Source: a virus
Taxonomy: Duplodnaviria; Caudoviricetes
IMG/VR virus record: IMGVR_UViG_3300020042_003373
Coordinates: 1 to 54,329 of that record
Reading direction: 5' to 3' (one strand)
DNA length: 54,329 nucleotides
A program made the position numbers and the translations under genes. Shown here piece by piece: positions 1-9,626 of the stretch (the first letter of the stretch is position 1; every line of letters begins with the position of its first letter). The notes beneath the pieces are model-generated. The model made no database searches. It worked only from the letters and a program-made list of their open reading frames with translations, and had not been told where the DNA came from.

Positions 1-1
1 G

Positions 2-1093
2 GTTAAGCTCCAGTCGGATTCCAAGGCTGCTGGTCGGTGGAACACCTCCAAAGGGGGCGCTTACTTCGCGGTAGGCGTTGGAGGTGCTATCGCCGGTAAG
101 GGCGCTGACCTGTTCATCATCGATGATCCTCACACCGAGCAGGAGGCTATCGCCGCGCTAGGCGATGCTTCTGTGTATGATAAGGTGTTTGATTGGTACA
201 CATCCGGGCCGCGTCAGCGTTTGCAGCCCGATGCTCGTATCGTCATCGTCATGACTCGTTGGGCAAAGAGAGACTTAACGGGCAGACTGATCCAAAGCTC
301 CATGGAGCGGGATGGGACATCTGAATGGGAGGTTATTGAACTCCCCGCTCTACTTCCTTCGGGCAACCCTATCTGGCCTGGGTACTGGAGCAAAGAGGCG
401 CTTGAAGCCCTTAAGTCTGAATTGCCCGCGTCTAAATGGAATGCTCAGTACCAGCAGCAGCCCACCAATGAGGAAGGAGCAATCCTTAAGAGAGAATGGT
501 GGAGGCGCTGGCAGAAGGACAGCCCACCTTCCTGCGAGTATGTTATCATCACTGCCGACACGGCGTTTACAAAGAATAACCGTTCTGACTATAGCGCGTT
601 TAATGTCTGGGGAATCTTCGACAAGGAAGATGATACTGGCATAGCAAAGAGCAATATCATCCTGCTTGATGCTTTCAAGGAGCGCATGGAGTTCCCCGCG
701 CTGAAAGCTAGGGCAAAAGAGTTATATGATGAATGGCAGCCCGACACGTTCTTGATCGAGGGCAAAGCTTCTGGCTTGCCTTTGGTGCATGAACTCAGGC
801 AAATGGATATCCCAGTATCTGAATTTACCCCGACGCGGGCGTCTGGCGACAAGATCATGCGGGCAAACAGCATCACTGACATGTTCGCCTCCGGTATGGT
901 GTGGTGCCCAGAAACACGTTGGGCTGATGAAGTTGTTGAAGAATGCGCTTCATTTCCGAATGGCGCACATGACGACTTTGTTGATACAGTGATTATGGCT
1001 CTGATGAGATATAGGCAAGGTGGCTTTGTTCGTTTACCATCGGACTACGATGAAGATGAGAAAGTTACCCGCCACCGCGCGGATTATTATTGA
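2..1093 (+). CDS. terL: Terminase large subunit, 5'-truncated by the window edge
   Basis: Frame is open from position 2 (VKLQSDSKAAGRW...GVGGAIAGKGADLFIIDDPH, Walker B region). IVIVMTRW coupling motif; C-terminal RNase H-like nuclease with DTA...DYSA and FPNGAHDDFVD. Confidence 0.93.
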   Translation, partial: VKLQSDSKAAGRWNTSKGGAYFAVGVGGAIAGKGADLFIIDDPHTEQEAIAALGDASVYDKVFDWYTSGPRQRLQPDARIVIVMTRWAKRDLTGRLIQSSMERDGTSEWEVIELPALLPSGNPIWPGYWSKEALEALKSELPASKWNAQYQQQPTNEEGAILKREWWRRWQKDSPPSCEYVIITADTAFTKNNRSDYSAFNVWGIFDKEDDTGIAKSNIILLDAFKERMEFPALKARAKELYDEWQPDTFLIEGKASGLPLVHELRQMDIPVSEFTPTRASGDKIMRANSITDMFASGMVWCPETRWADEVVEECASFPNGAHDDFVDTVIMALMRYRQGGFVRLPSDYDEDEKVTRHRADYY

Positions 1094-1104
1094 AAGGTCG
1101 AATC

Positions 1105-3543
1105 GTGGCTGTTGACAAGGCTATTGACGCAATTGGTGAATCTACCGGCCCTGGGCTGGAGATTGAAATCGTCAATCCAGACGCTGTGTCGTTTGCCACC
1201 GAGGACGGCGGAGCCATTGTCATCCTTGGCCCTGAACTCTCTGAGATGATGGAGCCAGACTTCGACGACAATCTCGCAGAGCATATGGATGAACGTGATC
1301 TGGGTGAGCTTGGACGTGATCTGCTGGATGACTTTGAGTCTGATAACAACTCGCGGAATGACTGGGAGCAGACCTACAAGAAGGGCCTGGACCTTCTTGG
1401 GTTGAAGATTGAGGACCGCTCAAGCCCCTGGCCTGGGGCGTGCGGCGTGTTCCATCCCATTCTCTCTGAAGCCGCTGTGCGCTTTCAGTCGCAGGCCATC
1501 ATGGAGACATTCCCCGCTGGCGGGCCTGTCCGCACCAAGATCGTTGGCCGCACATCTCCCGAGCGCGAGCGTCAGGCGCTGCGCGTCAGGGATGACCTAA
1601 ACTACTTCCTCACCGAAAGGATGTCTGAGTATCGCGGCGAGCATGAGCGTATGCTGTTCGCTTTGCCCCTGTCGGGTGCGGCGTTCAAGAAGGTCTACTT
1701 CGATCCGACCCTTGGTCGTCCTGCTGCCGTCTATGTGCCTGCTGAAGACTTCGTTGTCTCCTATGGCGCGTCTGATCTCCAGACCGCCAACCGCTATACG
1801 CAGATCATGCGGAAGCACCCCAACGAAATCCGCAAGCTGCAAGTCATGGGTTTCTACCGTGACGTTGATCTTTCCTCTCCCGTGCCTGACCGCAACGAAA
1901 TCCAGAGAATCAAAGACAAACTCTCTGGTGAAGAGCTAACGGATACAGATGACCGCCATGTCCTCCTTGAAATGCACGTTGACCTGGATTTGCCTGGGTA
2001 TGAAGATTTGGGCAAGGACGGGGAACCAACCGGAATTGCTCTGCCGTACGTTGTCACGGTTGAAAAATCCACCGGCAAAGTTCTCTCCGTCTACCGCAAC
2101 TGGAAGCAAGACGACGAGCTGAAACTGAAGCGCCAACACTTCGTTCAGTATGACTACATCCCTGGGTTTGGCTTCTATTCGTTTGGCTTGATCCATCTGG
2201 TTGGTGGTATCGCCAAATCCGCCACGTCCATCTTGCGCCAGCTTGTTGATGCTGGCACGCTGTCTAACCTACCGGCTGGCCTTAAGGCGCGCGGCCTGCG
2301 TATCAAGGGCGACAGCACGCCGCTGATGCCCGGCGAGTTCCGCGACGTGGACGTTCCTTCAGGGGCAATCAAGGATTCGATCACATTCCTGCCTTACAAG
2401 GAGCCGTCGCAAGTCCTCGCGTCTTTGCTGGGCAACCTCGTCGAGGAAGGCCGTAGGTTCGCCTCCATCGCCGACCTCCAGATTGGTGATGCCAACCAAC
2501 AGGCTCCAGTAGGAACCACCCTAGCCCTCATGGAGAGGGCAATGAAGGTCATGTCTGCGGTGCAGGCCCGGCTTCATGCCTCCATGAAGAAGGAGCTAGA
2601 CCTTCTTGTGGATATCATCGAAACCCACATGGAAGGCGAGTACGACTACGAGACTGAACCTGGGGCAACCCGGACCAAGGACTATGATGGTCGGATCGAT
2701 GTAATTCCGGTCACAGACCCGAATGCGGCGTCTCTGTCTCAACGTGTGGTACAATATCAAGCGGCGCTCCAGCTAGCCCAGCAAGCGCCGCAGATGTACG
2801 ATCTGCCAGAGCTTCACCGGCAGATGCTTGTTGTGCTGGGTATCCAAGACCCTGGGAAGATCATTCCCTCTGACAAGGATAAGAAACCCGTTGACCCAGT
2901 CTCTGAGAACATGGCTATCCTTAACGGCAAGCCGGTTAAAGCGTTCCTTTATCAGGACCATGAAGCCCATATCAGAGTTCATATGGCAGCCATGCAAGAT
3001 CCTAAAATCATGCAGCTTGTTGGGCAATCGCCTCAAGCGGGGGCTATGCAGGCTGCGGCAGCGGCTCATATCGCTGAGCATATCGGCTTCCAATATCGTA
3101 GGGAGATTGAGAAGCAGCTTGGTGTTGAGCTTCCGCCCCCTGACGAACATCTGCCGGAAGATATCGAGGTTGCCCTCTCTAAGCTTATTGCTGATGCGGC
3201 GGAGCGTCTTCTTCAGAAGGATCAATCTGAAGCCCAACAGCAGCAGAACAAGCAAAAGATGGAAGACCCTGTAGTCCAGGCGCAGATGATGGACATGCAG
3301 AATAAGCAGGCTGAGGTGCAGCGCAAGCAGGCCAAGGATCAGGCCGATGTGCAGCTTCGTCAGCAGCAACAGCAGATCGAAGTGGAGCGTATTGCATCTC
3401 AGGAGCGGATTGCTGGGATGAATGCTGGCATTAAAGCTTCGTCGCAAAAACAAGTTAATGACCAAAACCTTGACATAAGCAACGCTAAGATTCACCTTGA
3501 AGCTATGAGAACTGGCGCAGATTTGTTGAAGGGTCGTTCATGA
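1105..3543 (+). CDS. Portal protein (podovirus type)
   Basis: ~810 aa directly after terL. PWPGACGVFHPILSEAAVRFQ and GSAFKKVYFD-like segments, Gln-rich C-terminal coiled coil. GTG start at 1105 (MAVDKA) preferred over TTG at 1090. Confidence 0.88.
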   Translation: MAVDKAIDAIGESTGPGLEIEIVNPDAVSFATEDGGAIVILGPELSEMMEPDFDDNLAEHMDERDLGELGRDLLDDFESDNNSRNDWEQTYKKGLDLLGLKIEDRSSPWPGACGVFHPILSEAAVRFQSQAIMETFPAGGPVRTKIVGRTSPERERQALRVRDDLNYFLTERMSEYRGEHERMLFALPLSGAAFKKVYFDPTLGRPAAVYVPAEDFVVSYGASDLQTANRYTQIMRKHPNEIRKLQVMGFYRDVDLSSPVPDRNEIQRIKDKLSGEELTDTDDRHVLLEMHVDLDLPGYEDLGKDGEPTGIALPYVVTVEKSTGKVLSVYRNWKQDDELKLKRQHFVQYDYIPGFGFYSFGLIHLVGGIAKSATSILRQLVDAGTLSNLPAGLKARGLRIKGDSTPLMPGEFRDVDVPSGAIKDSITFLPYKEPSQVLASLLGNLVEEGRRFASIADLQIGDANQQAPVGTTLALMERAMKVMSAVQARLHASMKKELDLLVDIIETHMEGEYDYETEPGATRTKDYDGRIDVIPVTDPNAASLSQRVVQYQAALQLAQQAPQMYDLPELHRQMLVVLGIQDPGKIIPSDKDKKPVDPVSENMAILNGKPVKAFLYQDHEAHIRVHMAAMQDPKIMQLVGQSPQAGAMQAAAAAHIAEHIGFQYRREIEKQLGVELPPPDEHLPEDIEVALSKLIADAAERLLQKDQSEAQQQQNKQKMEDPVVQAQMMDMQNKQAEVQRKQAKDQADVQLRQQQQQIEVERIASQERIAGMNAGIKASSQKQVNDQNLDISNAKIHLEAMRTGADLLKGRS

Positions 3544-3740
3544 AGCCCGTTACCGACAACTCGTTTGATTATCTGCGTAAGAAGTTCCGTGATATTATGA
3601 ACGAACACGCCGACCATGTTGCTGGTGGCGGCGCATCAGACTGGGCCGATTACAAATACCACACTGGTATCATTGAGGGGTTGGCCAAGGCTGAAAGGGA
3701 ATTACTCGATCTTGCTGAAAAGCTGAGCGAGGAAGACTGA
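3540..3740 (+). CDS. Small conserved phage protein
   Basis: ATGA overlap with the portal stop; helical 66 aa protein (YKYHTGIIEGL) between portal and GroES-like gene. Confidence 0.7.
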   Translation: MKPVTDNSFDYLRKKFRDIMNEHADHVAGGGASDWADYKYHTGIIEGLAKAERELLDLAEKLSEED

Positions 3741-3797
3741 TCGCCCATAGTGGGTGCCGGGTATCACACGACCCAGACAGTGTGCCAAAGGACTAAG

Positions 3798-4175
3798 ATG
3801 CTAAACGTAGATATCAAAATGCCGGATGAAGAAGTGACGGGAGCAACGCAGCTTCCTGATCCTTCTGGCTTTAAGTTGTTGATTGCCCTTCCCGAGCTTG
3901 AAGAGAAAACAGACGGCGGCGTTTATCTGCCGGAACAAGTTCGTAATAACGAAACCCTTGCAACCGTTGTGGGTTTTGTTCTAAAGGCCGGACCTATGGC
4001 TTACGGGGACGAGAAGAAGTTTCCGACTGGCCCTTGGTGTAAGGTTGGAGATTGGGTTGTGTTTCGCGCTTACAGCGGCACTCGCGTCAAGATTCATGGT
4101 CGGGAGTTCCGGCTGATCAACGACGACACGGTTGAAGCTGTGGTTGACGATCCTCGTGGAGTTGCGCGCGCATGA
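3798..4175 (+). CDS. GroES/Cpn10-like co-chaperonin
   Basis: PSGFKLLI...EEKTDGGVYLP...GFVLKAGP...CKVGDWVVF...YSGTRVKIHGREFRLINDDTVEAVV matches the Cpn10 pattern; ATG at 3798 follows AAGG. Confidence 0.85.
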   Translation: MLNVDIKMPDEEVTGATQLPDPSGFKLLIALPELEEKTDGGVYLPEQVRNNETLATVVGFVLKAGPMAYGDEKKFPTGPWCKVGDWVVFRAYSGTRVKIHGREFRLINDDTVEAVVDDPRGVARA

Positions 4176-5107
4176 CCGACAAAGAGAAAGATGATGATAT
4201 CGATTTTGAAATCGAGATTGTCGATGACACTCCAGAGGCTGATCGCGGCAGGCCGGTTGCCCCCGAGTTCACAGCCAACGACGACGACATCAATGTCGCC
4301 GATTCAGAGATTTCTCGCTATAGCGATGACGTAAAGAAGCGGATTAAGGAACTATCCTTTAAGACGCATTCCGAGCGCCGCGCTAAGGAAGCTGCGGCTA
4401 AGGAGCGGGACGAAGCTCTTCGTCTTGCCAACATGCTGGCGGATGAGAATAAGAAGTACCGGCAGCTTGCTGGCAGCAATGAGCAGTTCGCTGTCAGCCA
4501 AGCGAAGAACCGGGCAGAGACTGACATCAGCGCCACCAAGCGTTCGATGAAGGAAGCCTGGGAGGCTGGCGAGACTGACAAGTTCATTGAAGAGCAAGAG
4601 CGCCTTCAGCGCCTTGTCAATGAGCATGATCGGTATGCCAACTACCAGCCTGCCGCTTTGCCCGAGCCTGAGTACAACATTCCTCAACCGAAGCCGAAGC
4701 CTGACGCAAAGGTTGTTGACTGGGCAAACAAGAACCCTTGGTTCGAAGGTGGCTCAGAGCTTGAGAAAGAAATGACGGGTTATGCTTATGCGGTCAGCGA
4801 TGTGCTGATCCGTGATAATAAGATTGACCCGACAAGTGATAAGTATTTTGATGAGCTGAACAAGCGCGTGCAGCGCCGGTTCTCGGAATACTTTACTCCA
4901 TCTGACCCGGAACCAGTTGCGACCGGTCGGACAACGGAGGCTGCGCCCCGGCGTCAGCCTTCTACGGTGGTTGCCCCCGTCACGCGGACGGCACAGAACA
5001 CCCGCAAAGTGCAGCTAACCCCATCCCAGGTTACCCTGGCGCGCCGCTTCGGCTTAACTCCCGAGCAATACGTTGCTCAGTATTTGAAGGATTACGGTCA
5101 TGGATGA
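4172..5107 (+). CDS. Putative capsid scaffolding protein
   Basis: Acidic N-terminus, long coiled coil, C-terminal LTPSQVTLARRFGLTPEQY; located upstream of the capsid genes. Confidence 0.65.
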   Translation: MTDKEKDDDIDFEIEIVDDTPEADRGRPVAPEFTANDDDINVADSEISRYSDDVKKRIKELSFKTHSERRAKEAAAKERDEALRLANMLADENKKYRQLAGSNEQFAVSQAKNRAETDISATKRSMKEAWEAGETDKFIEEQERLQRLVNEHDRYANYQPAALPEPEYNIPQPKPKPDAKVVDWANKNPWFEGGSELEKEMTGYAYAVSDVLIRDNKIDPTSDKYFDELNKRVQRRFSEYFTPSDPEPVATGRTTEAAPRRQPSTVVAPVTRTAQNTRKVQLTPSQVTLARRFGLTPEQYVAQYLKDYGHG

Positions 5108-5555
5108 CCGCACACCCCGTGAACTTGAGACGCGCGAACACGAAATTCGCCCCACCTCCTGGGCACCTCCTTCAATCCTCCCTGATCCGAAGCCGGAACC
5201 GGGGTATGTCTATCGCTGGATTCGCACATCCATGATGAATGCTGCGGATAACACCAATGTCAGCAGACAGTTCCGCGAGGGCTATGTGCCTTGTCGCGCA
5301 GAGGATCATCCTGAACTGATGCTGGTGGCCGACTCCAACAGTCGCTTCAAGGGCAATGTTGAAGTTGGTGGTCTTCTTCTCTGCAAGATTCCCGAAGAGA
5401 CGGTGCGTCAGCGCGCCGCCTATTACGCGAATATGGCGCAGCAGCAGATGGAGAGCGTGGACAATAACCTTATGCGCGAGAGTGATCCTCGTATGCCCGT
5501 TCTGCGCCCAGAGCGGTCTTCGCGGACAACATTTGGCCGTGGTCCTCGGGAATAA
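5100..5555 (+). CDS. Conserved head-module protein
   Basis: WAPPSILP...GYVYRWIR...REGY...VGGLLLCKIP; coupled to the scaffold gene. Confidence 0.65.
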   Translation: MDDRTPRELETREHEIRPTSWAPPSILPDPKPEPGYVYRWIRTSMMNAADNTNVSRQFREGYVPCRAEDHPELMLVADSNSRFKGNVEVGGLLLCKIPEETVRQRAAYYANMAQQQMESVDNNLMRESDPRMPVLRPERSSRTTFGRGPRE

Positions 5556-5601
5556 TCCTGTGGACCTTCATCAAAACATTCAGATTGAAAGGTAACGGAA
5601 G

Positions 5602-6219
5602 ATGGCTTCGACCAATTCTCCGTATGGGCTTCGCCCCATCAACCTGCTGGGTGGTCAAAGTTTTGCAGGCTCGACTCGCCTGTATGCAATGCCCAGCGGC
5701 TACTCTGTTTCTATCCAGTATGGCGACCCGGTGATTGTTGCTGCTGGCGCTTCCGGCACTGGCGGTCTTATCAATCGCTTCGCCGCAATCGCTGTCACAA
5801 CCGCAACCAACAGCGTCACCTTGCTTGGTGTTTTTGTTGGCTGCTCCTACACCGACCCGGTCTACGGCAAGGTGTTCCGTCAGAACTACCCCGGCAGCAT
5901 CACTGCTTCGGACCTCCAGGCTTATGTCGTGGATGACCCGGACACGCTGTTCCAGGCTCAGTTCAATGGTTCTGCAACTCAGAACTATCTAGGCGCAAAT
6001 TGCGGCCTTATCCAGACCGTTGCCGGTAGCTCGTCTGCCAACATTAACTCTGGCGTAAGCCTCAACACCAGCGGCGTTGCTGGTACCGCCACCCTTCCTA
6101 TCCGCGTCGTGGATTTCGTGAACTCGACCACAAGCACTGTGGGCGATTCTTTCACGGACGTTATTGTGCGTATCAATACGCACTTTATGCGTACCACCAC
6201 CGGCAACGCAATTAGTTAA
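5602..6219 (+). CDS. Minor capsid / head decoration protein
   Basis: MAS.NSPYGLRP start, GVFVGCSYTDP, AYVVDDPD; beta-rich; immediately before the major capsid gene. Confidence 0.7.
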   Translation: MASTNSPYGLRPINLLGGQSFAGSTRLYAMPSGYSVSIQYGDPVIVAAGASGTGGLINRFAAIAVTTATNSVTLLGVFVGCSYTDPVYGKVFRQNYPGSITASDLQAYVVDDPDTLFQAQFNGSATQNYLGANCGLIQTVAGSSSANINSGVSLNTSGVAGTATLPIRVVDFVNSTTSTVGDSFTDVIVRINTHFMRTTTGNAIS

Positions 6220-6233
6220 GGAGGTTGTGAACC

Positions 6234-7142
6234 ATGGCTATTAGTCGCGCACAACTTCTCAAAGAACTGCTTCCGGGCCTGAACGCTCTGTTCGGTCTGG
6301 AATACAAGCGGTACGCTGAGGAGCATAAGGAAATCTACGAGACTGAAAACTCGGAGCGTTCCTTTGAAGAAGAAGTCAAGCTGTCTGGTTTCGCTGCTGC
6401 CCCCGTGAAGAACGAAGGTCAGGCGATTGCATATGACAACGGCCAGGAAGCCTGGACCGCTCGTTATACGCATGAAACCATCGCGTATGGCTTCTCCATC
6501 ACCGAAGAGGCGATGGAAGATAACCTGTATGACAGCCTGTCGGCTCGTTATACCAAGGCGCTCGCTCGCTCCATGGCATACACGAAGCAGATCAAGGCTG
6601 CCTTCCCGCTGAACAACGGCTTCTCCAGCTATAACTCTGGTGACGGCGTGACTCTGTTTAGCACCGCCCACCCGCTGGTTTCTGGCGGCACCAACAGTAA
6701 CCGCCCGGCCACTGGCGCTGACCTGAATGAAACCTCCCTTGAGGCGGCAGTCATTCAGATCGCGGCATGGACGGATGAGCGCGGTCTGCTGATCGCCGCC
6801 CGTCCGAGCAAGCTGATTGTTCCGCCGAGCCTGATGTTCGTTGCTACTCGCCTGCTGGAAACGGAACTCCGTACCGGCACGACTGACAACGACATCAACG
6901 CTATCAAGAGCAACGGCTCCATCCCTGGTGGCTACACGGTCAACCACTTCCTGACCGACACCAACGGCTGGTTCCTGACGACCGATGTGCCCAACGGCAT
7001 GAAGCACTTTGTGCGTTCGCCGCTGGCCACCTCGATGGACGGCGACTTCGACACGGGCAACGCGCGCTACAAGGCTCGTGAGCGTTACTCGTTCGGCGTC
7101 TCTGATCCGCTGGGCATCTTCGGTTCGCCCGGTTCCACCTGA
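6234..7142 (+). CDS. Major capsid protein (Mu gpT-like / HK97 fold)
   Basis: MAISRAQLLKELLPGLNALFGLEY...YKARERYSFGVSDPLG; strong RBS (AAGGAGG); followed by a terminator. Confidence 0.88.
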   Translation: MAISRAQLLKELLPGLNALFGLEYKRYAEEHKEIYETENSERSFEEEVKLSGFAAAPVKNEGQAIAYDNGQEAWTARYTHETIAYGFSITEEAMEDNLYDSLSARYTKALARSMAYTKQIKAAFPLNNGFSSYNSGDGVTLFSTAHPLVSGGTNSNRPATGADLNETSLEAAVIQIAAWTDERGLLIAARPSKLIVPPSLMFVATRLLETELRTGTTDNDINAIKSNGSIPGGYTVNHFLTDTNGWFLTTDVPNGMKHFVRSPLATSMDGDFDTGNARYKARERYSFGVSDPLGIFGSPGST

Positions 7143-7156
7143 TAAGGTGAGATGAG

Positions 7157-7185
7157 CAGGGGGGAGAAATCCCCCCTGTTTTTTT
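7157..7185 (+). terminator. Rho-independent terminator after the capsid gene
   Basis: CAGGGGGGA-GAAA-TCCCCCCTG stem followed by T7. Confidence 0.9.
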
Positions 7186-7228
7186 ATGCCCAAGTCAATC
7201 AGTTGCAATCGCAAAAGGAGAGACGGCG

Positions 7229-8239
7229 ATGGCACAGAAAGCATACACTTGGAAAGATATAGAGGGTTTGTATAACGCGGTAGCCATGTGTGGCAATTTA
7301 CCGCAAGCTGCCAAGAGCTTTAACCCGCCAATACCCGTTCCCACTGCCACTAACATGTATTCTGCTGCGATGTATCGGTTTAACAAAACTGATGTCCGCA
7401 GAAGAAACTCTTTAGAGGCTGTACCTTACGATCCTGATTCTCCACCAGAATGCGCGCTGACCGAGAAGATCACGTTCTTGAATGCGACGGCGGTGGCGTT
7501 TGGTGATTGCCACTGGACCAGCATAGATCAGCCTCGCAGCTTGGCTCACGAAGCTTTGCTCAAAGCAATCCCAACCATCAAGCCAGACATTTTGATGTGC
7601 ATGGGTGACGCGGTTGATATGGGCGAGCCTAGCAAGCACGACCCACTAGGCTGGAATAAAAGGATTAGAGTCAAAGACGAACTCGACGCCGCGAAGAAGC
7701 ACCTTGATGATATCATGGGCCTAGCCCCAAGAGCATTGAGATTGTGGCAGCGAGGCAATCACGACGACAGATTCGATAAATACTTGGCGCTAAATGCCTC
7801 AATGTTTGAGGGCATCGAAGGCTTTGATTTCGCTGGGCAATTTCCAGATTGGAGAATGTGCCATCGCCTAGACATCAATGACTCCGTGGCTATGCACCGC
7901 TACCATGGCGGCATTCATGCTGGCTGGAATAATGCAGTAAAAGCTGGCGTCAACTTTATCTCAGGAGACACTCATTCTCTTGAAGTTAAGCCGATGGTTG
8001 ACATGCGCGGGCGGCGCTACGGCGTGCAGACGGGAATGCTTGCCGATCCTGCGTGGGCGTGCTTTGCCTACACGCAAGGCAACACTCGGCTTTGGACGCC
8101 GGGGTTTGCCGTTTTGACTTGGCGTAATGGCATCTTAATGCCGCCAGAGCTTTGCGAGGTTGTAAACAACATCGCTTGGTTTAGGGGCAAAGAGATTGCC
8201 GGTAAGCTGAGAATCCGCATTCAAGCAGGACGGTCTTAA
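7229..8239 (+). CDS. Calcineurin-like metallophosphoesterase with N-terminal extension
   Basis: Motifs GDCH, GDAVD, GNHD, and later H..H / GDTH. Confidence 0.82.
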   Translation: MAQKAYTWKDIEGLYNAVAMCGNLPQAAKSFNPPIPVPTATNMYSAAMYRFNKTDVRRRNSLEAVPYDPDSPPECALTEKITFLNATAVAFGDCHWTSIDQPRSLAHEALLKAIPTIKPDILMCMGDAVDMGEPSKHDPLGWNKRIRVKDELDAAKKHLDDIMGLAPRALRLWQRGNHDDRFDKYLALNASMFEGIEGFDFAGQFPDWRMCHRLDINDSVAMHRYHGGIHAGWNNAVKAGVNFISGDTHSLEVKPMVDMRGRRYGVQTGMLADPAWACFAYTQGNTRLWTPGFAVLTWRNGILMPPELCEVVNNIAWFRGKEIAGKLRIRIQAGRS

Positions 8240-8472
8240 TGAAAACCCAGAAAACCGATGCAGTCAGAATTGACCCTGATGAATGCCGCATGGCTGAGGC
8301 AGCAAGGGATGCGCTCGACGATGTGCTATCCCGTGATCCGGTCTGCATGCTGATCATGTACGAAACCAATGGCCAGTTTGGTTATGCTAGCGTACCGGCT
8401 TCCTCGTCCGTGGTTCACGGTCTGTACATTCACCTAGGCAATATGATCATGCCCGAGCTAACAGAAGACTAA
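8239..8472 (+). CDS. Hypothetical protein
   Basis: TAATG coupling with the phosphoesterase gene; 77 aa. Confidence 0.6.
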   Translation: MKTQKTDAVRIDPDECRMAEAARDALDDVLSRDPVCMLIMYETNGQFGYASVPASSSVVHGLYIHLGNMIMPELTED

Positions 8473-8486
8473 CCTGACGATTTTAC

Positions 8487-8516
8487 TTGCTGCCCAGCGT
8501 GAGCTGCATATATGTT
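8487..8516 (+). promoter_or_regulatory. Putative sigma70-type promoter
   Basis: TTGCTG at 8487, then CATATATGTT 16-18 nt later; the predicted start falls at the 5' edge of the structured RNA. Confidence 0.45.
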
Positions 8517-8523
8517 GGATTAA

Positions 8524-8590
8524 CCGGGATAGACCGGCCCTATTGACTGCCCCGGCAGATCAGCACAAACAATAGGGCTATATTGTGCAA
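8524..8590 (+). ncRNA. Structured RNA with two potential pseudoknots (possibly the Mu-gpT-DE motif)
   Basis: GCCCTATTG(8537-45)/CAATAGGGC(8570-78); CTGC/GCAG hairpin whose CCCG loop complements CGGG(8525-28); GCACAA(8563-68)/TTGTGC(8583-88). Confidence 0.6.
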
Positions 8591-8601
8591 GGATTTTCCA
8601 G

Positions 8602-9072
8602 ATGGGTTTCTCGACATTCTCTGGCCCGATTCGTTCGGGCACCGTGCGCGAAGGCGCTCTCGCCAATGACGGCCTTGTCACGCTCGTCCAGTCTTACGAC
8701 ACGGGCGTTGTGAGCAGCGCTGCGGGCAACTATGATTTCTTGCTGGGCTATGTCCCGCAGGGTTCTCAGATCGTTGATGTCACTGTCGATCAGGTTGTTG
8801 TGCCGGGCGGCACCTCCACATCTGCGGTTTCCGTGGGCAATGCTTCTGGTGGCGCTCAGCTTATGGCTTCCGTGACTACCACGACTGGCGGTCGTTTCCG
8901 TGGCACGTCCACCGCAACTACCCAGCTTGCTTGGCAGACCTCCACGACCGCTGATACTCCGGTCTATGTCCGCTATGTCGTTGGCACTGCCGCTGGTGTT
9001 GGCCGTGCTATCATCACCGTCAGCTACGTTCAGCGCGCTCCGAACGGTGCCCAAGCCCCCGCCAGCGCCTAA
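8602..9072 (+). CDS. Putative virion (head-associated) protein
   Basis: MGFSTFSGPIRSG start; beta-rich; within the structural arm. Confidence 0.65.
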   Translation: MGFSTFSGPIRSGTVREGALANDGLVTLVQSYDTGVVSSAAGNYDFLLGYVPQGSQIVDVTVDQVVVPGGTSTSAVSVGNASGGAQLMASVTTTTGGRFRGTSTATTQLAWQTSTTADTPVYVRYVVGTAAGVGRAIITVSYVQRAPNGAQAPASA

Positions 9073-9090
9073 TAATCAGGAGCTAGTAAG

Positions 9091-9378
9091 ATGATGCAGA
9101 CAGATGTCAAGGCTACGCATCTAAACGCTTCTGGTGTTGTGGTTGCTGGTCGGGCGCGCATCAAGGGCTTTGTGATGTGCGCCACAGCCAGCACTGCTGG
9201 CACGTTGTTGCTAAAGAACGGCGGTTCGGGTGGCACTACGGTTATCGAGATTGATATCCCAGCCAACTCAAACCCAAACTCCTTTTCCGTGCTTGTGCCT
9301 GGAGAAGGTGTTCTTTGCTCCACTAGCGTGTACGCAGCCATCACTGGCCTTGCCAGCGTGACGGTGTTCTATGGCTAA
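9091..9378 (+). CDS. Small beta-rich putative virion protein
   Basis: TDVKA...ARIKG...PGEGVL...VTVFYG; AGGAG RBS. Confidence 0.65.
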   Translation: MMQTDVKATHLNASGVVVAGRARIKGFVMCATASTAGTLLLKNGGSGGTTVIEIDIPANSNPNSFSVLVPGEGVLCSTSVYAAITGLASVTVFYG

Positions 9379-9625
9379 GACACCGGCATGGACGCGTAAG
9401 GAAGGCAAGTCCGAAGCGGGCGGCCTGAACGCAAAAGGCCGGGCGTCTTATAACCGCGACAACCCAGGGAAACCTGGGTTGAAAGCGCCGCAACCCGAAG
9501 GCGGTTCTCGCAAGACAAGCTTCTGTGCCAGGATGTCTGGTATGAAAAAGAAGCTGACATCTGCGAAGACAGCCAATGATCCAAACAGCAGGATAAACAA
9601 ATCCTTGCGAGCATGGAAGTGCTGA
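9371..9625 (+). CDS. Small basic conserved phage protein
   Basis: AWTRKEGK..GGLNAKGRAS...SFCARM...SLRAWKC. Confidence 0.65.
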   Translation: MAKTPAWTRKEGKSEAGGLNAKGRASYNRDNPGKPGLKAPQPEGGSRKTSFCARMSGMKKKLTSAKTANDPNSRINKSLRAWKC

Positions 9626-9626
9626 C

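Noticed and set aside
6216-7244. 342-aa antisense ORF over the capsid gene, and similar long antisense ORFs (2773-3495, 19237-20115, 39437-40075, 52882-53523)
   Set aside because: Shadow frames of GC-rich genes with biased codon usage; no motifs or RBS.
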